A stretch of 64,000 nucleotides of DNA. It comes from Patescibacteria group bacterium (lineage in GTDB: Bacteria > Patescibacteriota > Minisyncoccia > 2-02-FULL-40-12 > GWA2-44-9). The stretch's first letter is position 1; every line of letters starts with the position of its first letter. Below the pieces are notes generated by a model. It ran no database searches. It worked only from the letters and a program-made list of their open reading frames with translations, and had not been told where the DNA came from. The position numbers and the translations under genes were made by a program. The DNA lies in the NCBI GenBank assembly GCA_038061995.1, contig JBBTYA010000004.1, positions 15,350-79,349 on the forward strand, given 5' to 3'. This document shows positions 58,550 to 64,000 of the stretch, one piece after another.

Positions 58550-59428
58550 CTATCGAACGCGCGGGAGTGAGCACGCAAGCTTCACGCGGGAGAACCGCGC
58601 AGCGTGCGTCTGCGAATCCTGTGCAAGAGCTGTGTCGGGCCAGCGGTTTCCCGGCTCACGGAACTGCATGAGCCATAGGGCGCGCTGTTCTGCGGGAGTA
58701 AGTTCTTTGTACTCCCAGCTGACACCCGTGCGTGACATGAGCCCCTCTGCGTTGTGCAAGTGAGCTAAGCCGAGCACGTGCACCAACTCGTGGACCAGCG
58801 TGTGTGCATCGAAGTATTCTGGTCGAATCTCGATGAACCCCTCCGTGATGGCGTTGCCATCCATCACGGCCCACGCCCACCCCGCAACGGTGTCAGGGAT
58901 GTTGGTCGTGATGTAGATGTAGGCTCGCGCCGCGCCTTCGGGCATGTGCTGTTCGGGGTGACGCTCCACCAACTTGATCCACGGAACGAACCGCTGGAGA
59001 TATGCGATTGCTCGCGTGAGCGCCCGTGGGTCACGCACAGCATCCGTTGGGTCCATGACGGTGATCACCATCACGTCCGCCGTGGGGCGCGTGAACGGCT
59101 TCTCCGCTTCATTCCCAGCAGTGCGATAGAACAGCTCGTAGAGTGTCATGAGCTCGTTCTCGTCGCCCGTCGGAACGAGCTTCACAGTTGCACCATCCGT
59201 CGGCGCGACTGCCGTGCGCGGAAGAAATCCCACCGCATCCGCGATGAAGAGACTCTCCGCGGGAACCGCCACTTGTGCACCGGCACCGATCACCACATCG
59301 TGCGCATCGCGCACGTACGCCGTCACACTGCCGCCCCCTCCCAAGGCAGCCGCATCACGGAACTTGAGGGTTGCATCCTCTGCGAACGCAGAAGACGTAA
59401 CGAGAACCGCGACCACGATCAAGCGCAT
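58550..59428 (-). CDS. secreted zinc metallopeptidase, metzincin-type motif
   Basis: Signal peptide MRLIVVAVLVTSSAFA; HELVHVLGLAHLH (HExxHxxGxxH); SD GGAGG. Confidence 0.6.
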   Translation of the reverse strand: MRLIVVAVLVTSSAFAEDATLKFRDAAALGGGGSVTAYVRDAHDVVIGAGAQVAVPAESLFIADAVGFLPRTAVAPTDGATVKLVPTGDENELMTLYELFYRTAGNEAEKPFTRPTADVMVITVMDPTDAVRDPRALTRAIAYLQRFVPWIKLVERHPEQHMPEGAARAYIYITTNIPDTVAGWAWAVMDGNAITEGFIEIRPEYFDAHTLVHELVHVLGLAHLHNAEGLMSRTGVSWEYKELTPAEQRALWLMQFREPGNRWPDTALAQDSQTHAARFSRVKLACSLPRVR

Positions 59429-59482
59429 TTCCCTGCCTCCGTGCTACATATTATGCATTAAAAACAAAGAATTGCAAGAAGC

Positions 59483-59983
59483 TCAAGATTCTTTTGTAAG
59501 TCCCATTTTGATACGACGCTTTTCCAGGTTCTTCGGATCCTTCACGGGAAGCATCTTAAGTGTTCCGTCTGGTAGGCGCTGGCGCTGTGTCCCATAGAAT
59601 TGTAGCTCTCCCCGATTGATAAGAACGCGGTCTGTAAGGTGCGCTTTTTCGTTTGGTTCAAAATCACAATGCTTGAGACACTGCTCTTGGAGCTTGGCAT
59701 CGTGCATGATGTGCTGCACAAGTAAAAAGAATGCCTTCATCGCCTCTGCGCCAACCATCTTCTGTGTTGGATACCCGTATTCTTTGATAATCTGGCGCAC
59801 GTTCTGGTAGTGAAGCGTGTCTATGGCGTAGATAAGATAGTTCGTCAGCTCCTTCCCGGGTTTTGATTGAAGACGCAAATCCTGCTCAACCGCTGCCATT
59901 TCTAATATATAACGTGTGAGCGATTGTTTTTGTTGTACGGTAAGTTTTTTAGGCATGTATGTGAGCCTAAGGATACGCTCCAT
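59483..59983 (-). CDS. hypothetical protein
   Basis: ORF with ambiguous start; lower-GC segment. Confidence 0.35.
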   Translation of the reverse strand: MERILRLTYMPKKLTVQQKQSLTRYILEMAAVEQDLRLQSKPGKELTNYLIYAIDTLHYQNVRQIIKEYGYPTQKMVGAEAMKAFFLLVQHIMHDAKLQEQCLKHCDFEPNEKAHLTDRVLINRGELQFYGTQRQRLPDGTLKMLPVKDPKNLEKRRIKMGLTKES

Positions 59984-60037
59984 TTCACAAAAGAAAAGCC
60001 GGGCACAACGGGCCCGGCTGGGTGACTTCTGGGACAA

Positions 60038-60316
60038 CTAGTCTTCCTCGATGGGCTCGATCTCCTTTCCAGCTTTCCAGACCAGTAGTCCGAAATCTTC
60101 ATCGGGCATTTTCGCCATTTCTCCCTGGGGGTTGCCGAAATACTCGATGTAAAGCCGCAACCACGCGGGCGAGATCGTTAAGTATCTGTCTCCCCACGTC
60201 GAGGCGGGTTTCGCCGCATCAAACATTTTCTTTCCGAGGATTGCTTTCGTATCAGATGATGCCGCGAGCACTTCCTCGAACTTCTCCCACAATGCTTTGT
60301 ATTCTAATTGCTTCAT
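60038..60316 (-). CDS. hypothetical small acidic protein
   Basis: 92 aa; SD AGGGAGG. Confidence 0.4.
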   Translation of the reverse strand: MKQLEYKALWEKFEEVLAASSDTKAILGKKMFDAAKPASTWGDRYLTISPAWLRLYIEYFGNPQGEMAKMPDEDFGLLVWKAGKEIEPIEED

Positions 60317-60334
60317 AGTGCCTCCCTTAGATTG

Positions 60335-60880
60335 TTATCTTGCCAAAATTCCCAACAAATTGCCAATAACGTCAGCAACCTGCTGTTGCGTCGCTTCTTT
60401 ATGAGCTGCATCCGCTGCGCGAATACCGCTCCGGAAACCCTCTTTATGCTCTTCTGAAAGAGGAGTTGATGTTCTCTCGGTCGCACGGACGCCCGCTTCT
60501 ATAATCTCATCAGCCTGCAGCTCTTCTAGGCTATCGAGCTGTTCGCTTTGTGTTTTTGCCGCATCTAGTTTTTGCATAGCATCGAGAGTGCGCTGACGTA
60601 CTGCAAGGGCTCTTTGTTTCTTTTCAGATTCAAAATCAGTCACCAAAGCGTCAAACTGAGTCATACTTGCCGCAATAGCATCATTCACTGCCCCTGGGCT
60701 CGATTTTACATCTTCAAGAGTTCGCGCGATCAGCTTTCCGATCTCATCTCCCCTCACATTGACAAACGAGAGCATGTCTAACCCCTTTCCAGCAACACCC
60801 ACCACTCGCTTTCCGCGCTCTGAAGTAACCTCTTTTTCTACCTTACTAGCAAATTTGTTAAATGTTTCGAAGAATGACAT
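60335..60880 (-). CDS. hypothetical helical protein
   Basis: 181 aa from MSFFETF. Confidence 0.4.
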   Translation of the reverse strand: MSFFETFNKFASKVEKEVTSERGKRVVGVAGKGLDMLSFVNVRGDEIGKLIARTLEDVKSSPGAVNDAIAASMTQFDALVTDFESEKKQRALAVRQRTLDAMQKLDAAKTQSEQLDSLEELQADEIIEAGVRATERTSTPLSEEHKEGFRSGIRAADAAHKEATQQQVADVIGNLLGILAR

Positions 60881-61043
60881 GGAAATATACTGCAAAGTAT
60901 ATGCGCCCCTTCTGGCCGCGCAATATTGCATTTTTTAGAACTTGTGCTTTAATAGTCTCAGTTCCTTCTTTTGGGTAGGGTTTGACCGAATCTACATCCA
61001 CTCTGGACGTAGGGCTCAGAAGAGATCGTGAGGAGATACGGAA

Positions 61044-61148
61044 ATGCTGCGCAAGAGCCGCAGGAGCAACGACACCGCCACCGACCAGGGCAACGGTGCC
61101 AACGGCAACAACGGCGACGTGGTCTGCACCTCGGACGCCCAGGATTAG
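61044..61148 (+). CDS. candidate small peptide (34 aa) MLRKSRRSNDTATDQGNGANGNNGDVVCTSDAQD
   Basis: ATG with GAGGAG SD 7 nt upstream; not in the ORF track (below the length cutoff). Confidence 0.2.
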   Translation: MLRKSRRSNDTATDQGNGANGNNGDVVCTSDAQD

Positions 61149-61243
61149 CAACGTGCCCGCCTTCGAAGAGTCTCCAGAGCACGCGCCGACGGATTGCGAT
61201 CCGCCGACATCCGTGACATCGGACGACTAGCGGAGCTAACCAG

Positions 61244-61354
61244 ATGCACATCGACATCCACAATCTCGCCGATCCGGGGCATCATCTTCCCGACATCACG
61301 TCCGAACTCCCCACCGACTTCAAGCCCACGCTCTGCGACATCCGTCCCCAGTAG
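61244..61354 (+). CDS. candidate small peptide (36 aa) MHIDIHNLADPGHHLPDITSELPTDFKPTLCDIRPQ
   Basis: ATG with GGAG 8 nt upstream; followed by a terminator. Confidence 0.2.
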   Translation: MHIDIHNLADPGHHLPDITSELPTDFKPTLCDIRPQ

Positions 61355-61365
61355 GGGCCAGTCCT

Positions 61366-61412
61366 CCCGCCCGCGGTATGCACTACATGCATAGCGCGGG
61401 CTTTTATTTTTT
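61366..61412 (+). terminator. rho-independent terminator (overlaps the M16 gene stop; bidirectional position)
   Basis: CGCGGTATGCA...TGCATAGCGCG imperfect stem followed by CTTTTATTTTTT. Confidence 0.55.
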
Positions 61413-62627
61413 GATAAACACCCTTCCCTCTCCACTTAGAAACTTTTGGTAGGTGCGCATGAGCATCTCGGTATCCATTTGTTCTGCGATAGCTAAAAGT
61501 TCAGAAAATGCAGGCGGCTCGTCAAAGAATTTCATGAGTTTCTGCATCTTTGTGAGAGTGCCAGGATGTTCCGCGAGAGCACGGCTCGTAAGCCCCTTAA
61601 ACTGTGATGCGAGCCATGCCACATCTTCGTGTGGTATTTGTACAGCGAGTTCTTTGATAACGTTTTGTGCAGCGCTAGCGGCCTCTTCTGGATGTTGTGA
61701 TGGACCATCTATAAAGAAACAGAAGGCGTTTCCGAATATCTCATGATATGCATTAATTTCATATGCAAGCCCACGCTTCGTTCTAAGCTCGTTATGCAAC
61801 AAAGAAGAATAACCGACGTTAAGGCGGTGGCGTAAAAATTCAAGCGCAACAAATTCTTCACGCGAGGGCTTCTCTAAAGATGGATACGCCACCATCCAAA
61901 ACGGCATTTGCCCATTCACAGAAATAGATGAGCCGCTGCCTGAGACTGTGATAGGTGGCAACTTTGGAAGAGCGAAGGCTCCTGATGCTGGCCATACTTT
62001 AAATGTGTCTTCGACTTGCGCCCGCGCTTCATCCGCTGAAATGCCGCCAACAATGAGTAGGGTTGCGTTTTGTGGGACGATCATGCACCGCCAATATGCA
62101 ATAAGGTCTTCACGAGACGCCCTTCCTATGGCCTCTAAGTTGCCGAGAGAATTGAGCACGGAAGGGTGTCGAGAAAACAACACTGCTACAGCTGCATCAT
62201 AAAACATCCTGTAGGTGTTTGCTTGAGATCTCGCAAATTCCTCGCCAATAACTTTTTTCTCATTTTCAAGCACCGCTGGATCTATCAGTGAATCAGTGAC
62301 GTCGTCTCGCACAATATTTAGTATAAGAGGAAGGTCATCTCGAGCTCCCTGCATAACAAAGGTAAGGTGAGTAGCTCCTGTATTTGCAGTAACAAGCGCC
62401 CCAATGCGGTCTATCTCCTTTCCAATTGCCATACTTGAGGGACGGGCCTTCGTGCCTTTTAGAAGCATGTGCTCAAGCAGGTGCGCATATCCCTGCTGGT
62501 CCTCTTGCTCATAGGCGCACCCTGCCCGAAATACGAGATTCATTGTTACCACTGGCGCATCTGGTTGCTCTAACACACCAAGCCGCATGCCGTTTGTGAG
62601 AGTTGTCCAAGAAAAATCACGAGTCAT
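61404..62627 (-). CDS. M16-family (pitrilysin/insulinase-like) zinc peptidase
   Basis: Inverted zinc motif HLLEHM...; start trimmed to MTRDFSW. Confidence 0.75.
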   Translation of the reverse strand: MTRDFSWTTLTNGMRLGVLEQPDAPVVTMNLVFRAGCAYEQEDQQGYAHLLEHMLLKGTKARPSSMAIGKEIDRIGALVTANTGATHLTFVMQGARDDLPLILNIVRDDVTDSLIDPAVLENEKKVIGEEFARSQANTYRMFYDAAVAVLFSRHPSVLNSLGNLEAIGRASREDLIAYWRCMIVPQNATLLIVGGISADEARAQVEDTFKVWPASGAFALPKLPPITVSGSGSSISVNGQMPFWMVAYPSLEKPSREEFVALEFLRHRLNVGYSSLLHNELRTKRGLAYEINAYHEIFGNAFCFFIDGPSQHPEEAASAAQNVIKELAVQIPHEDVAWLASQFKGLTSRALAEHPGTLTKMQKLMKFFDEPPAFSELLAIAEQMDTEMLMRTYQKFLSGEGRVFIKK

Positions 62628-62763
62628 TACCCTAGAGCATACACGAAGATTAGTGAAAAAGAAAAGCGCCGAAGGGGTGAACCTTCGGCGCAGTGGCAAG
62701 AACGGGGCGGTATCACATCGCCCCGCGATCACCAGAAAGAACGAGAGAGAGAGTAGGAACGGG

Positions 62764-63681
62764 TCAGTGAGACAATGGGCAGTCGATCTCGACGACGGAG
62801 TGCGTCGTCGAGAGTGCGGCTGTGACGTCTCGGTCATTGTCCGGGGCACTGGTCCCCGGCCGACGACGGAACATCATGCGAAGGATGTAGCGCTCGGACG
62901 CACTGAGGGTTTGGCGCGTGATAACCCTGTCCCCCCTCATGATGTCATCAGGGCTCACGGAATGCCCGAGGCCGAGTCCGTGTCCGATCTCGTGGCACGG
63001 CACGTTCAGAGAGAAAATGACAGTGCCCACGAATCGGATTCTGGAAGCAGAGACGATGTTCCCAGAAAAAGTATTCCCAGTACTCCCAGAAGCAACCCCG
63101 GCAAGAGCTGGATCAATGAGAAGAGCGAACTGCACGCCCGCCCCACCAACCGAAACGCTCGCCCTCTGGGTCGCAGTCGTCATCTCACCAGCGCACGCGT
63201 TGATGACATTCATCGCCTGCGCGTCTGCAGAGATTTCCGCAGACGGAGCGAGTCCGACGTTGCCAGCCGCTGGACGCGACAGGCGACGACCAGGGACCCA
63301 CTCATTGTACACGAGAGCATCGATGTACTCCCCAGACACCACGGTGGTGTTCCAGAGGTACACGTTCCACGGGTTCTCTCCGCGGTACACCGTGTTGTAA
63401 TCACGATGGCCGGGGGCGGAGACATCCACCGCATCGCCCGAACGGAGCGACACGGAGACCTCGCCACTGGCGCTCGTCGTCACGCGACCCGCAGGGGTCG
63501 CGATGGACGCGCCACCGGAGATCGGCATGTCATCCCAGCCGCTGAAAACGCGGACGGAAACGGTTTGCGCCGAAGGCGTCGGCGTTGCCGTCGGCTCCGT
63601 GGTGGGGCTCGACGGGCTCTTCCCTCCACACGCGGCAAGCGTGAGGGAGAGGATGAGAACGAACAGCGCGTTGATGCGCAT
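62764..63681 (-). CDS. lipoprotein zinc metallopeptidase, metzincin-type motif
   Basis: Lipobox LTLAACGG; HEIGHGLGLGH (HExxHxxGxxH); SD AAGGAGGG. Confidence 0.6.
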   Translation of the reverse strand: MRINALFVLILSLTLAACGGKSPSSPTTEPTATPTPSAQTVSVRVFSGWDDMPISGGASIATPAGRVTTSASGEVSVSLRSGDAVDVSAPGHRDYNTVYRGENPWNVYLWNTTVVSGEYIDALVYNEWVPGRRLSRPAAGNVGLAPSAEISADAQAMNVINACAGEMTTATQRASVSVGGAGVQFALLIDPALAGVASGSTGNTFSGNIVSASRIRFVGTVIFSLNVPCHEIGHGLGLGHSVSPDDIMRGDRVITRQTLSASERYILRMMFRRRPGTSAPDNDRDVTAALSTTHSVVEIDCPLSH

Positions 63682-63810
63682 GGGATTCCCTCCTTACCGC
63701 CGTGAGGCGGAATTGAGAAAAAACCCTTCTCTCGGATGTAGTTCTTGTTGTTAGGGTACTATGTATATTATAACACAAAAAAGAGCGTTTTAGCAAGATG
63801 CCTCTTTTGC

Positions 63811-63834
63811 ATGAAAAAGCCCCATTTCTGGGGC
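63811..63834 (-). terminator. rho-independent terminator
   Basis: GCCCCAGAAATGGGGC followed on the minus strand by TTTTTCATGC. Confidence 0.65.
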
Positions 63835-63851
63835 ATTTTCATGCTGACACA

Positions 63852-64000
63852 CTACCGTGGTAGTACTTCCTTCCACTTAGGAAGCGGGAGCGTCTCTACG
63901 GTGATATTCTGGCTTGCAGGCGTTGCGGGACAGGTGTACCCCTCGCCATCTGCCACTTGCATGGTTGCGGTATAGGTTCCCTCTGCAGAGTACGCATGCG
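63852..64000 (-). CDS. C-terminal fragment of an unidentified protein (partial at window edge)
   Basis: Open frame from the edge (...TVETLPLPKWKEVLPR*) ending 10 nt before a terminator. Confidence 0.25.
   Translation of the reverse strand, partial: HAYSAEGTYTATMQVADGEGYTCPATPASQNITVETLPLPKWKEVLPR

Overview
This 64 kb window looks like a chromosomal stretch from a small-genome bacterium, probably Patescibacteria/CPR-like (inference from compact housekeeping proteins, weak or absent Shine-Dalgarno sequences on core genes, and no rplA after rplK). All compositional statements are judged by eye, not computed; the backbone is roughly 52-56% GC.

**Backbone content**
- Housekeeping genes, mostly on the minus strand: xseAB, pyk, ftsEX-prfB, lepA, murJ, pgk-tpiA, rnhA, dprA, topA, a RelA/SpoT homologue, parAB, folD, tsaC, rpsP, rnc, nusB, rpmF, dnaE, thrS, miaA, gatB, tmk, rplK-nusG-secE, gyrB and pheS.
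- A glycosyltransferase / sugar-transferase locus.
- Five tRNAs (Gln, Thr, Gly, Leu, Asp) and an RNase P RNA.

**Accessory and unusual content**
1. A sortase translationally coupled to an LPNTG-anchored DUF3494 (ice-binding-like) surface protein.
2. A release factor 2 homologue that lacks domain 1, starting 4 nt after a tRNA-Thr that is flanked by an HNH endonuclease.
3. Two single-gene insertions bracketed by 29-45 bp direct repeats of the local target sequence, one at the miaA 3' end and one upstream of the gatB start.
4. A set of GC-richer genes (about 60-65% GC, GC3-biased) carrying strong AAGGAGG ribosome-binding sites, in contrast to the SD-poor core genes.
5. An AT-rich island (about 35-40% GC) beside tRNA-Gln encoding a TraB/GumN-like protein and a PIN nuclease.
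6. An S41 peptidase carrying an HPD-less J-like domain.
7. A cluster of secreted peptidases: two metzincin-motif proteins, an M16 peptidase and a CHAP-like protein.
8. A 350-nt structured intergenic region between rnc and rpsP.

No CRISPR array, integrase, transposase or reverse transcriptase was seen.
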